NCBI GenBank assembly: GCA_046290225.1 | Contig: JBKAGE010000071.1 | Span: 1 to 64,000, forward strand | Length of the DNA: 64,000 nucleotides | Direction of reading: 5' to 3' | Source: Bradymonadia bacterium | GTDB taxonomy: Bacteria > Myxococcota_A > Bradymonadia > UBA7976 > UBA1532 | In this document: positions 46,525-56,782 of the stretch, piece after piece | How positions within the stretch are numbered: position 1 is the stretch's first letter | How the letters are laid out: each line of letters starts with the position of its first letter | The notes under the pieces: generated by a model | What the model was told of the DNA's origin: nothing | Databases searched by the model: none | Seen by the model: the letters and a program-made list of their open reading frames with translations, nothing else | Made by a program: the position numbers and the translations under genes

Positions 46525-47940
46525 GCTGCACTTGATGCTGCCCGCCGCCTCTTTACTGTCTGCCGAAGCCTTGCCCACGAGGTACCCTGGCAGGTAGAGC
46601 CACCATCCGTCGTCACCCCGCCTTTCGGCCTCGAGGAAGACCCCCGCGTCTTTCACCAGCCCGACACCCTCGAGAAGCTCGACCCCTACGGTTTCAGGGC
46701 ACCGGCCAAAGCCACCGGCGACTCGATGGGCTTCTGCCTGAGCCTTGAGCGCTCTCAACGTCGCCTCTCGCATGGCCAGTCTACGGAGCAACTGGCCGGG
46801 ATCAGGTTGAGCGACTCCGTGCAGAATGCGCAGCTGCTCTCGACGCATCTTGCGCATCATCAAAGGCATCGCCGCTTCGCCCTCACCAGCAGCTGTGTCA
46901 CGTCGCTCGACCAGAGCCTCATACCGCCGATCCCGCTCTTGCAACCCTGAGAGACACGTGAGGACCCCAGCGCCCTGGGGGCACATCTCGTCTCGCAGCT
47001 CGACGGTCTCGTCGAAGCTCATCAAGGACAGCCAGATCTGCTCTCGTTCATCATCAGTGAGCATGAGACGGTCGCGCCTGTCGGGCAGGGGTCCTTCCGG
47101 GTGGGTCCAGCCTGGGGGCATGACGTCGAGCAGGGCCCCGCGATACGCCGACTCGAGCATGTCGTAGCTGAGCATCCCACCCACGGGCGGCTGTGTGCCG
47201 ATGAGGATATCGAGCATCTCGATGACCTCTTCGAGCTGGCGCACGGTGAGGCGGGGATCGTCGAGGATGATCGTCGCTGCGGCGCCCAGGCGGCTGATGC
47301 TGAGGGCAGAGATCGTGGCGGTGAAGATGTTGCGGCCCCCACGCTCAAGGTCGTGCTGCAGCCGCATCCCGTCGAAGGCGAGCCGGAGCGCCGCCATGGG
47401 ATCCCTGGTGGCCATATCGAGGCTGTGCAGCGCCGTGGCCAGGGCCAAAGGCTGGCTGTTCATCAACGACTTGGAGGCCCTGCGACCGAACAGGCTGGGG
47501 CTGCACATGGCCTCATGGGCTGCGAGCGACGACACCTTTTCGGGGATCAATGCACAGGCTGTCAGAGCAGTCTCGCGCGCTTGAGGTGTGGCCCGGACTT
47601 CGAGCTGTTTGGGATCGAGGCCTAGATAGAGGTCAGGCAGTATTCGGCCGATGCGCTCGACCTCGGTATAGCAGCGCGCATGAGGCCCTTCGTCGTCGAT
47701 GAGCTCGAGCAGAGCCACCTCGCCGTCGCCGATGGTGGCTGTACCGTGAAGTACGGGGCGGGGGCATTGGCGTTGTCGGTTGTCTTCTGCGGCGTGCTCC
47801 AGGCGTGACACCAGAGTCTGCTTCTCTGTCTCGGTCAAGCTGGGTACGGCGACATCTGCGTTGTCTTCACAGCCCACGGGCATACACGCTGAGAGCGTGA
47901 GACAGACAGCATGGCAGAGCAACGAACGTATCAACGGCAA
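46471..47940 (-). CDS. hypothetical helical lipoprotein
   Basis: Long ORF; lipobox-like LSAC; start overlaps the upstream gene stop. Confidence 0.65.
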   Translation of the reverse strand: MPLIRSLLCHAVCLTLSACMPVGCEDNADVAVPSLTETEKQTLVSRLEHAAEDNRQRQCPRPVLHGTATIGDGEVALLELIDDEGPHARCYTEVERIGRILPDLYLGLDPKQLEVRATPQARETALTACALIPEKVSSLAAHEAMCSPSLFGRRASKSLMNSQPLALATALHSLDMATRDPMAALRLAFDGMRLQHDLERGGRNIFTATISALSISRLGAAATIILDDPRLTVRQLEEVIEMLDILIGTQPPVGGMLSYDMLESAYRGALLDVMPPGWTHPEGPLPDRRDRLMLTDDEREQIWLSLMSFDETVELRDEMCPQGAGVLTCLSGLQERDRRYEALVERRDTAAGEGEAAMPLMMRKMRREQLRILHGVAQPDPGQLLRRLAMREATLRALKAQAEAHRVAGGFGRCPETVGVELLEGVGLVKDAGVFLEAERRGDDGWWLYLPGYLVGKASADSKEAAGSIKCSSGLPSAEGDVGDGAQSP

Positions 47941-50900
47941 TCCTCACACACAGGGTTGTCTTCACAGAGCACCCACTGGGGCTCTCCGAAGTAACCGAAC
48001 CGCTCTTCGAAAGTCTCCCGCAAGCCCTCACATATGCGCGCCCGGGACATGTTGGCGCCGTTGAAGTTGGCGTTGACCACCTGACACGCTCCCGTGAGAT
48101 CTGCCTGTACGAAAGAGCCGCCAGAGAAGTCGCTGAAGACCATAGAGACATTGTCGAAGGTTGCTTGATTGAAGGTGCTCCTCTGAAAGTCGGCGCCGCG
48201 CATGCAGGCGTCGGTGAACTCCGATTCGTCGAAGGACGACTCGGTGATCTGCGCCTGGTAGAAGTTGATCCCGTGCATCGTGGACCGTTCGAATGTGCTG
48301 CCGCTGAGTTCGACCTCTCTGAAGCTCGCACCGGTGAGATCGCTGTACCGGGTGTGCAGCTGCTGGCCGGCGCTGTGGTCGAAGACTGTCCCCAGCGCGG
48401 ACACGCCGGAGTTCTGCGAGGGCAGGTTGGTGCGCTCTCCAAGGGCGAGATCGTCTAAGCGGGCGCGGACGAACGAGGTGCCATCGAGATTGCCCCGCAG
48501 CCGAACGTCAGTGAAGCGAACCTGGTCGAAGATACACCCAGTACAGCTGGCATTGCGTTGGAAATGGCCGCGGCGGATTTCAGCGCGGGTGAAGTTGCTC
48601 CCGTCCAGGGGCCCGATGATGTTGAGGCTTTGTAGCGTTGCGCTCTCAAAGTTCATGCCGACGAGCGCGTCGCTCGTGTCGAAGTAGGTCTCCACAATGC
48701 GCGCCCGGCGCATCGACGCAGGCGGCACCACGCTGCTGAGGTTGGCCTCGGTGAGATCGGCGCTGTCGAGCAGCACCGCGCTCAGATCTGCGTTCATGAG
48801 CGACGCCCCCCGCAATGAAGCCCCGGAGAGGTCAGCCCCGGCGAATGTCTCGTCTGCGAGATCGAGATCATCCATACGGGCATCTCGGAGATCGGCGCCG
48901 GTGAAGTCCACGCCCTCAAGCGTGGCGTCGAAGAATGACGCGCCGGCGAGGTTGATGTTGATCGCCGAGACATTGTTGAGGGTGATGGCATCGAAAACGG
49001 CGCCGGGCATGACCACCCCATCGAGGCGGACGTCGTCGAGGGTGGTGGGGGCCACGAGGCAGGCCGGGTGCAACCTGATCTCACCCTGAAAGCTGCAGTC
49101 GCCCTCGCCGGGGATGCCATCGCCCTCTCGGATGTTCGTCCACTCGCATGTATTTACGAAGGGGTTTTCGGGCTCAGGCAGCACCTCACCTTCTTCATCT
49201 GAGAAGCACGGTGACTCGTCGGGACAGGCACCACCGTTCCACAGCCCCAAGATGCATTCCTGAGCCACGAGGCGAGTGCCGCCATCCCTCGGGCTTTTGT
49301 AGAAGTTGCCCACATCACCGAGCGGGCTGTCGTTGCAGAACGCCAGCCACTCTTGGAGCGTCTGGTTTTCCCGCCCGGGGCATGCCTGCCTGTATTCGGC
49401 GAAGCGACGGCAGGTGAAGTAGGCCTCGGGGAAGCACGCCGCGGGTTGCAGGAAGGACAGCCGCGGCGCCTGCCCGATGGTGGCGCCGCGGAGCGTGGCG
49501 CCGAACAGATCGACGCCGCCGAGGCTGGCGCCTACGAGGTTGGCCCCGTCGAGGGCGGCCCCGTCGAGCCGAGTACGGCAGCGACAGTCCTCAGGGATAG
49601 GCTCCACGTTGCAGCGGGCGCCCGGATCGTAGTCCGACCAGGGCGGCAGGGTGTCGCAGGTGGGCGAGGGGCGGATGTCGGTCTCGTCGATGACCGCGTT
49701 GATGAGCGAGGCCTGGCTGAGCCGCGTGCCCCGAACAGAGGTGCGGCGCAGCAAGGTGGCGCTCATCTGAGCCTCGCGAAGATCGGCCCCGTCGAGGGTG
49801 GCGCCAGAGAGGTCGAGCTGGTTGAGTCGCGCCCGGAACATGCACGCGAAGCGCAAATCAGCCAGTGCGAGACTGCTGCGGCCCAGATCGGCACCGGCGA
49901 GGTTCACTCCCGGCATGAAAGTGCGGGTGAGATCGGCGCGGGCAAAGAGCGCGCCCTCGAGCTTGACCGTGGGCCCATCAGGGCCACATGGGGCCTCGGG
50001 CCAGGGCTCGAGAGGCGCGCCGAGGTCGGGCCAGGGGCTCTCGGCGTCGGCGAGTGGTAGCCCCTCTTCGTCTCGCTCGGCTTCGACGAAGAGAGCGAGG
50101 CCGAGACGGGCCGCGGTGAAGTCGGCCCCACGCAGATCGGCGCCGGCGAGGCTCACCCGCTCCATCTCGGCGTTGGCGAAGCTCGCATCTCGGGCCACTA
50201 CGCCCTTGAGATCGACCCCTGTGAGCGTCGCCCCCGAGAGCCGAGCGCCGATCAGGATCGCCGCAGCGCCTTCACCAGAGCCCAAGATCGCCCCTGTCAG
50301 GTCAGCCTGACTGAGATCGGCCCCGAGGAGGTTGATCGGCCCCTCGGTGACGCCCTCGGGGCAGCCCACCGCCTCCCCGAAGTGCCCCGTGAGGTTCGCC
50401 CCCGCGAGATCTGCGCCGGCCACCGTGATGCCCGCCCGCAAATCACAGGCGTCGATGGTCTGCCCTCGCAGGTCGAGGCGTGCTTGAGCGAGGTTCTGCA
50501 GCGTGATGGTGATCGCCTCGAGATCTGCCCGAGGTTGAGCCTGCGTCAGAGTCACGGGGCGCTGGACCAGAGAGAAACCGGGTCGGGTGACCTGAACGGT
50601 ATAGTTGCCCTCGGGCAAATCGCTGAAGACGACGGGCTCTCCGTTGTCGAAGACGGGCTCCTCTGTACCCGGGGCGGGGCCGATGAGGGTGACCCGTGCG
50701 TAGCGCTCCCCGAGGGGCAGCCACTCTGGTGTGATGTGGACGCGCAGCCTGATCTCACCTTCGATGGGATCTCGGGCGAGGGTGGTCTCCACAGGGTTGC
50801 CGGCCTCGTCGACGAAGCGATCCTCTGCCCACTGCAGTGGTCCGATCTCCCCTGGAGCAGTGTAGCCCTCGCGGCTCACCGAGAGGGTGTATCGCTCGTC

Positions 50901-51965
50901 GGGGGCGGCGGGGAGGGTGAACCGGCCGTCGGCATCGGTGATGGCCTCGGCGAAGGCGAGATCATCGGGGCTCAGACGGGCCTGCACCCGCGTGCCGCTG
51001 TGATCAGGACGATCGATGAGGAGGATGCGTCCCGAGAGAGAGACCGCCTGGGGTGAGCGTGAGGTGTGCTGAAGCTCGAACAGACCCGCAAAGGCATCAC
51101 CGCCAGGATACGTAGTGATGTCACGGCGATCAGCGACATAGCCTGGGCGACTCACCTCCACGGTGTACTCCGAGGCGAGGACGTCATCGAAGGTCACCTC
51201 GCCATCTTCATTGGGGCTGCCTTGTTGAACGGTCACGCCCTCCGAGACCAGGCTCACAGAGACGGTGGAGAGTCGCTCGGGGGTCTGGAACTGTTCGAGG
51301 CGGACGATGGCTTGAACACGTCCGGGTTCGCCTGTGACGATCACAGGCTCGAGGGAGAGGGTCTGCCCGGCAACGACGTCGACTGTGCGCTCCTCGACGC
51401 CATGACCCTCGGCCGAGAAGCGCAAGATCGCCCGCCCCGGTGGCAACTCCAATCGGAACTGTCCGTCATCACCGGTGACGGTGAGGTAGGGGGTGCCTTG
51501 GGCTTGCACGGTGATGCCCGCGTGGCCTGCAGCCCCCCCGCCACTCCGCCTCGCCGTGCCCTCTACTGCGCTGTCCACCTCTGCGGCTCTTGGGGCCTCC
51601 AAGGCGACGTCGCCCACGTCGAGATCCCGGCCGATGATCACACTGATGCCTGCAGGCGGGGCTCTGAAGCCCTGAGACTCGACGGACAGCAAGTACCCTC
51701 CGGCGAGCACACCACTGAAGATGAAGTCGCCCTCGGCGTTCGGCTGTGCTTCACGGGGATCTGTGTCCACACCCACAGGTGACAACCGCACGCGCACCTC
51801 GGCAAAGCTGTCCGTGGCGAAGCCCTCGGGCAGGCGCAGGCGCCCGGTCACGGTGGACGTGGCCTGAACGCTCTCCGGCGCAGCAGGATCATAGGGGTTG
51901 TCGGCGGGCACGTCGGTGCACGCGAAGAGCACCAGAGGCAGCAGGGTGAGCAGGGCGGCGCGCAT
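47931..51965 (-). CDS. lipoprotein with several carboxypeptidase-regulatory-like beta-sandwiches and extensive pentapeptide repeats
   Basis: MRAALLTLLPLVLFAC; repeated DGxFxL/F...GxYxL/V units; long A(D/N)Lxx runs with Cys-rich inserts. Confidence 0.88.
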   Translation of the reverse strand: MRAALLTLLPLVLFACTDVPADNPYDPAAPESVQATSTVTGRLRLPEGFATDSFAEVRVRLSPVGVDTDPREAQPNAEGDFIFSGVLAGGYLLSVESQGFRAPPAGISVIIGRDLDVGDVALEAPRAAEVDSAVEGTARRSGGGAAGHAGITVQAQGTPYLTVTGDDGQFRLELPPGRAILRFSAEGHGVEERTVDVVAGQTLSLEPVIVTGEPGRVQAIVRLEQFQTPERLSTVSVSLVSEGVTVQQGSPNEDGEVTFDDVLASEYTVEVSRPGYVADRRDITTYPGGDAFAGLFELQHTSRSPQAVSLSGRILLIDRPDHSGTRVQARLSPDDLAFAEAITDADGRFTLPAAPDERYTLSVSREGYTAPGEIGPLQWAEDRFVDEAGNPVETTLARDPIEGEIRLRVHITPEWLPLGERYARVTLIGPAPGTEEPVFDNGEPVVFSDLPEGNYTVQVTRPGFSLVQRPVTLTQAQPRADLEAITITLQNLAQARLDLRGQTIDACDLRAGITVAGADLAGANLTGHFGEAVGCPEGVTEGPINLLGADLSQADLTGAILGSGEGAAAILIGARLSGATLTGVDLKGVVARDASFANAEMERVSLAGADLRGADFTAARLGLALFVEAERDEEGLPLADAESPWPDLGAPLEPWPEAPCGPDGPTVKLEGALFARADLTRTFMPGVNLAGADLGRSSLALADLRFACMFRARLNQLDLSGATLDGADLREAQMSATLLRRTSVRGTRLSQASLINAVIDETDIRPSPTCDTLPPWSDYDPGARCNVEPIPEDCRCRTRLDGAALDGANLVGASLGGVDLFGATLRGATIGQAPRLSFLQPAACFPEAYFTCRRFAEYRQACPGRENQTLQEWLAFCNDSPLGDVGNFYKSPRDGGTRLVAQECILGLWNGGACPDESPCFSDEEGEVLPEPENPFVNTCEWTNIREGDGIPGEGDCSFQGEIRLHPACLVAPTTLDDVRLDGVVMPGAVFDAITLNNVSAININLAGASFFDATLEGVDFTGADLRDARMDDLDLADETFAGADLSGASLRGASLMNADLSAVLLDSADLTEANLSSVVPPASMRRARIVETYFDTSDALVGMNFESATLQSLNIIGPLDGSNFTRAEIRRGHFQRNASCTGCIFDQVRFTDVRLRGNLDGTSFVRARLDDLALGERTNLPSQNSGVSALGTVFDHSAGQQLHTRYSDLTGASFREVELSGSTFERSTMHGINFYQAQITESSFDESEFTDACMRGADFQRSTFNQATFDNVSMVFSDFSGGSFVQADLTGACQVVNANFNGANMSRARICEGLRETFEERFGYFGEPQWVLCEDNPVCEDCR

Positions 51966-52112
51966 GGCGTCTCTCCAGCTGTGAAGAAGGGTCACTCAGG
52001 GCGGGAGCATCTTGCCTCGAACGTACTCGGAAGTCAGGGGGGAACAGTCTGATGAGGGCGACGGCGTTGTGGCATATTCCGCGCCCCGTCGTTGTGCTGA
52101 GGAGACCGCTCG

Positions 52113-52899
52113 ATGTGGATCCAGCCGACTCGCTTGAATCTATTCGCTTTGTTGTGGGTGGCATCATGTTGTGCCACGGCACATGGACAGATCCAGGTGG
52201 TGGGGGCGATCAACGCCGAAACCACCTGGAATACCGCCGGCAGCGCCTACCAGATCGATGACACCCTCACGATCCAGGCAGGGCCCATCCTCACGATCGA
52301 AGCTGGGGTACGTGTGCAGGTGGGCGACAACAACAGCGCATCGGTGCAGGTGCTCGGGGCCGTCGATGTGACCTCGCCCCAGGTGCGCATCGCCGAGAAC
52401 TGCGACCCAGAGCCCGCCGTGGCTGGCGCGCCGCTCACAGTCACCGTGAAGTTGCCCCCCGACGTCGCGGGCAACTCTGCCCTCACTGATCCGCTCGAAG
52501 GTCGCTGTGGTGCTGCCTCCGGACGTGACGCCCCCTGTGGTGGAGCTCGGCCCGGTGGCCGACGGTCAGCAGCTTGGCACCCAGGTGACGATCACTGCCA
52601 CTGTGACGGACGATCGAGGGCTGGATAAGGTGACGCTGCGTCATCGCGTCGTAGGTGCTCAGGCCTTCGCAGAGATTGTCATGGAGGCTGGAGAGGATCC
52701 CTCGAGCTTCTCAGCCACTCTCCCCGAGGATGGTGCTGATGATCCCTATGCCCTCGTGGTCGAGCTGCCCGACGAGGCGGGTCCGATCATCGAGGTGGCC
52801 CCTCTGCCGCGGCATTTGGGGCGTGGGCAGATGTCGCCGCCGTTGAATCAGGTCGAGCCCTTGTCGATGAGGGCGATGGCCGCCTTCAGCGGCTTCTGA
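52113..52899 (+). pseudogene. fragmented remnant of a large secreted protein
   Basis: Signal peptide, TTWNTAGSAYQI...LTIEAGVRV start; frame change near 52505 into DVTPPVV...VTITATVTDDRGL Ig-like segment. Confidence 0.6.
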
Positions 52900-53894
52900 T
52901 GGCTCGCCTTTGACCAGGTCGGGGCGGCGAGGATGAACTCCAGAACTGGCTTTGCCGCCGCCCCCATCGACTCCACCATGTCGAAGGCGTGCACATCGAG
53001 AGAGGTGAGCAACGAGCCTCGAGCCACCTTCGCGAGAGCCATCGCCTGCTCGGGATCCGTCACCCCTGCCATGATCAGCTCGGCGCGGCCGTATGTCGCC
53101 GCAGCATTGCCTTCCACCACGGATAGATACCGGGCCACATCCTCACTCACCCAGTCGTCTTCGCGAGAAAACAGCAGGCCCAGTCGCTGTGCCCAGACCA
53201 TCGAGTCGGTCTCGCTCGCGGTCTTCAGCGCTTCGGCACGAGCCTCGGCGGCCACCGCTCGGGCTGCTGCATAGTCCGCCTCGGGCAGCGCGAGCACCCA
53301 GCGGTGGAGAGGGGGCCACATCCTCCACTCGAAGTAGGTGCCTCGCAGGCGCGAGTGCCACACCCCGTTGGGATTGCTCGACGCCGCGGTGAACTTCGTG
53401 TGGCTCGTGTCCTTGCCCGCGGTGCTGGTGGAGTGGCCGCCGTTCCCGAAAGGGGCCTTCGACAGATAGATGTGTTGTACGAGCGGCCAGCCCCCCTGAT
53501 GAAACCAGAGCGCCATGAGCGCCCCGGAGAGGGTGGTCATCACCTTCTGATTGCTCGTCTCCACGCCGGGGCCCTCCGTGAGGGCGATGTGGGCCCGCAT
53601 CAACTCTTTCTCCGCGCTGCCCGGCACAGGCGGCGTGTCGTGTTGATACTCGGCGAGCACCTCGGCGAGGAGATCGGCGTAATCCGCTGTCGCTTCGTAG
53701 GTACACCCGTCATCGACACAGCGCAGATGGCGCTCTCGCAGAATCTTCCAGCCCGCCTCGGCTGTGGGGAGGGGATCTTTCGGATCGGCCTTGTGAGGGA
53801 ACCGGAGCGCGCCCAGCTTCTTGCGCTGTGCCTTCGTCCAGGGGATCTCGGGGTGGGGGTAGGGCGGGATGGGCTCACGCTTCGTCCGGGCCAT
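52848..53894 (-). CDS. hypothetical protein, possibly related to the region N-terminal of DUF4132 domains
   Basis: LPEADYAAARAVAAEAR...LLFSREDDWV resembles that region from memory; not verified. Confidence 0.55.
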   Translation of the reverse strand: MARTKREPIPPYPHPEIPWTKAQRKKLGALRFPHKADPKDPLPTAEAGWKILRERHLRCVDDGCTYEATADYADLLAEVLAEYQHDTPPVPGSAEKELMRAHIALTEGPGVETSNQKVMTTLSGALMALWFHQGGWPLVQHIYLSKAPFGNGGHSTSTAGKDTSHTKFTAASSNPNGVWHSRLRGTYFEWRMWPPLHRWVLALPEADYAAARAVAAEARAEALKTASETDSMVWAQRLGLLFSREDDWVSEDVARYLSVVEGNAAATYGRAELIMAGVTDPEQAMALAKVARGSLLTSLDVHAFDMVESMGAAAKPVLEFILAAPTWSKASHQKPLKAAIALIDKGST

Positions 53895-53958
53895 GGGCAC
53901 CTCTTCACAACATAGAGGCACGTACGATAAGCCCGGTGCGCATCATCTCAAAGGAACA

Positions 53959-54417
53959 CTACTTCTTGCGCACCTTCACCTTGATGCGTCGGCAGCCATT
54001 GTCGGCGGGACGACCCTTGTTGATGAGCATCTCGTAGGGGCTGTCGTCGTTGTTGCGTACGGTGAGGGTCTTCCACTTGCATTTGGGAGATCCCAACATG
54101 TCTTTGGAAACCTCGACCTCGCCAAAGATGGTGCCCACGGGGGTGTCCTTACCATTGAAGGGCTCCACATAGAGGATCACCTGCTCACTCTGGCCCTTGA
54201 GCCCTCGAGCGGCGACGTCCACATGGAGCTTCTTCGTCTTGCCGTTCGACACCGTAGTAAAGGTCTTGGGCTTGTCGATGCTCTTCGAGGGCTTGTAGAT
54301 GCCAGCATTCACCCACTTGTCGGTGTTGTTGTTGACCTTGAACTGCACCTTGATGGCGTGGGCCATCGAGGGCGCGCACAGGGTGCAGGCGAAGAGGAAA
54401 AGCAGGGCGCGCTTCAT
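53959..54417 (-). CDS. secreted Lys-rich hypothetical protein
   Basis: Signal peptide ending AHA; 4-nt overlap with the SDR stop. Confidence 0.7.
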   Translation of the reverse strand: MKRALLFLFACTLCAPSMAHAIKVQFKVNNNTDKWVNAGIYKPSKSIDKPKTFTTVSNGKTKKLHVDVAARGLKGQSEQVILYVEPFNGKDTPVGTIFGEVEVSKDMLGSPKCKWKTLTVRNNDDSPYEMLINKGRPADNGCRRIKVKVRKK

Positions 54418-55259
54418 GGCAGATCTCCCTTTGAGTCCGTCTGTGGTTGCTCAACGAGCAAGGCGCGATGATCATGCAAAGCTCTACGATAGAGATTGCT
54501 TAAAAGCCAAGGGGCATATCGGTCGAGCCAGCGATAGAGCTTCACCGACCATGGAAAGATCACCTCTCGACGCCCACGCGCGACGCCGTCGACGATCTTC
54601 TGCACCGCCACATCGAGGGGCACAGTGGGCGGATCTCCTCGTCGCTTCAGCTGTGCCCGATCCACCCCGGCATATCGCGCGTTGTCGAAGAAGCCCGTGT
54701 CGATGAAGCCCGGGCAGACCAGAGTGACCTGCACACCAGAGGCTGCCGCTTCGTGTTGCAAGGCGCGGGTGAAGCCCACCACTGCATGCTTGCTGGCCAC
54801 ATAGGGGGCGGCGAGGGGGGCGCTCACCAGGCCGAAGATCGAGGCGATGTTCACGATGTGGCCGCCGCCTTGTTCGAGCATGTGGGCATACGCCGCCTGG
54901 CTGCCATACACGACGCCGAGGGTGTTCACCGCGAAGATGCGTTGCCAGTCTTCGGTGGGGATGTGCCTGATCTCGCCGTTCACCGAGAAGCCTGCGTTGT
55001 TCACCATGAGGTCGAGCCGACCGAACTCGGAGACGACGCGTCCGATCGCCTGAGTGACCGAAGATGGATCCGAGACGTCGAGGGTGATCGCTTGCGCCGC
55101 GCCGATGCTCGACGCGGTCTCGGCGCAGCGCACGTCATCGATGTCTGCGATGATGACTTTGGCGCCACGGTCGATCCAGGCTTGAGCGAGCCCGCGGCCG
55201 AGGCCTGAGGCGCCGCCTGTGATCAGCACCACAGATGACGCGACCCTGCCCTGGTTCAT
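54414..55259 (-). CDS. short-chain dehydrogenase/reductase
   Basis: ITGGASGLG, NNAG, YVASK. Confidence 0.93.
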   Translation of the reverse strand: MNQGRVASSVVLITGGASGLGRGLAQAWIDRGAKVIIADIDDVRCAETASSIGAAQAITLDVSDPSSVTQAIGRVVSEFGRLDLMVNNAGFSVNGEIRHIPTEDWQRIFAVNTLGVVYGSQAAYAHMLEQGGGHIVNIASIFGLVSAPLAAPYVASKHAVVGFTRALQHEAAASGVQVTLVCPGFIDTGFFDNARYAGVDRAQLKRRGDPPTVPLDVAVQKIVDGVARGRREVIFPWSVKLYRWLDRYAPWLLSNLYRRALHDHRALLVEQPQTDSKGDLP

Positions 55260-55328
55260 AGATTGAAGTCCTTTTGGTCTCGGAGGCCATGTAGTATATC
55301 CCCCCATCCCCATACGAAGGAGCGCATC

Positions 55329-56753
55329 ATGCGTCGAGTCGATCTCGCCCTCCTCGGGCTGCTGTCGGTGGCCGGCTGTGGCACCGCCGAAGAGACCCAG
55401 GCCCCCGACGAAACGAGCGATGTCGACGAGCGACGCGACTCCGAGTCCGGGCAGTTCCTTCGTGATGGCAAGACCGACAGCAACGGCGTCGAGGAGCGCA
55501 GCTGGTCTGCTCAGTGCGTGCTCAACGTGGCCAACGAGGCCACCCTCGAGCAGCTCGATGACGACATGTCGCTCTGGAGCTTCGCCGCACAAAACATCGT
55601 CGACGGTCGTCCCTACGGCACCATCGAAGAGGTGGACGATGTGAGCTGGGTCGGCCCCTACGCCTTCTGGCAGATGGAAGCCTTCGCCGAGAAGAACGAG
55701 CTCTGCCCCGGTCTTGGTGAAGAGTACCCCCCTGCAGGAGAGGTCGACGCCATTCTGGCTGTGACCCAGGCCAGCGTCGATCACGTGAACAAGAAGTGGG
55801 GCGAAGGCGAGCGCCCCTCGCGGCGTGACGCCCACCCCAAGGCCCACGGCTGCGTGAAGGCTTTCTTCGAGGTGGAGCACGAGGCCGACGTGCCCGAGAG
55901 CATGAAGGTGGGCGTCTTCGCCGAAGAAGGCACCCGCTACCCTGCCTGGATCCGCTTCAGCAACGGCTCCTTCACCATCTCGCCTGATCCCGAGGGCGAC
56001 ATCCGGGGCATGGCCATCAAGCTCATGCAGGTCCCCGGCGACAAGGTGCTCGAAGCAGAGAAGGACGCGCCGACTCAGGACTTCCTGCTCATCAACACCC
56101 CGGTGTTGATGGTGCGCAACGCCATCGATTACGTCGAGTTCTCCCAGAAGGCGTTCGACGGCAACCCGGTGAGCTTCTTCTTCGATCTCAACCCCCTCGA
56201 GTGGAACATGAGGGAGCTGTGGATCACCATCTCGACCCTGGGCAAAGACATCGCCAGCCCGCTGCTCTCGCGCTACTGGAGCACCACCCCCTACCAGCTC
56301 GGTGACGCCCACGCGGTGAAGTACAGCGCCCGACCCTGTGGTGGTGAATCCGACGAAGAGCCGAAGGATGCCGGTGACAACTACCTGTCCGAGGTCCTCG
56401 CTGATCACCTCGCCGAGAACGAGGCCTGCTTCGAGTTCCTGGTCCAGGTGCAGACCGACGCTGAAGAGATGCCCATCGAGGATCCGAGCTTGGAGTGGGA
56501 CGACGATGACTCGCCCTACCTGAAGGTGGCCACGATCAAGATCCCCAGCCAGACCTTCCTGGGAGATGCTCAGAAAGACTTCTGCGAGCACCTGTCGTAC
56601 AACCCCTGGCACACCCTGCCGGAGCACACCCCCCTCGGTGGTATCAACCGCACCCGCAAGGTGGTGTACGATGCCATCTCGGCCCTGCGTCACGGGTACA
56701 ACGAGCAGCCCCGCATCGAGCCCAACAGCCACGAGATCCCCGCGCTCGACTGA
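55329..56753 (+). CDS. catalase-like haem protein, lipoprotein, with an N-terminal HhH-like domain
   Basis: RRDAHPKAHG, RFSNG, RGMAIKL, QDFLLIN, PLGGINRTRKVVY; lipobox VAGC. Confidence 0.88.
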   Translation: MRRVDLALLGLLSVAGCGTAEETQAPDETSDVDERRDSESGQFLRDGKTDSNGVEERSWSAQCVLNVANEATLEQLDDDMSLWSFAAQNIVDGRPYGTIEEVDDVSWVGPYAFWQMEAFAEKNELCPGLGEEYPPAGEVDAILAVTQASVDHVNKKWGEGERPSRRDAHPKAHGCVKAFFEVEHEADVPESMKVGVFAEEGTRYPAWIRFSNGSFTISPDPEGDIRGMAIKLMQVPGDKVLEAEKDAPTQDFLLINTPVLMVRNAIDYVEFSQKAFDGNPVSFFFDLNPLEWNMRELWITISTLGKDIASPLLSRYWSTTPYQLGDAHAVKYSARPCGGESDEEPKDAGDNYLSEVLADHLAENEACFEFLVQVQTDAEEMPIEDPSLEWDDDDSPYLKVATIKIPSQTFLGDAQKDFCEHLSYNPWHTLPEHTPLGGINRTRKVVYDAISALRHGYNEQPRIEPNSHEIPALD

Positions 56754-56782
56754 ACTCTTCCTCCTGCACATTTCGATGGACC

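Noticed and set aside
6082..56753. Oxidative-stress island (nudix, msrA, puuD, nadK, aidB, catalase-like)
   Set aside because: The genes are scattered over 50 kb in unrelated operons with no shared motif seen
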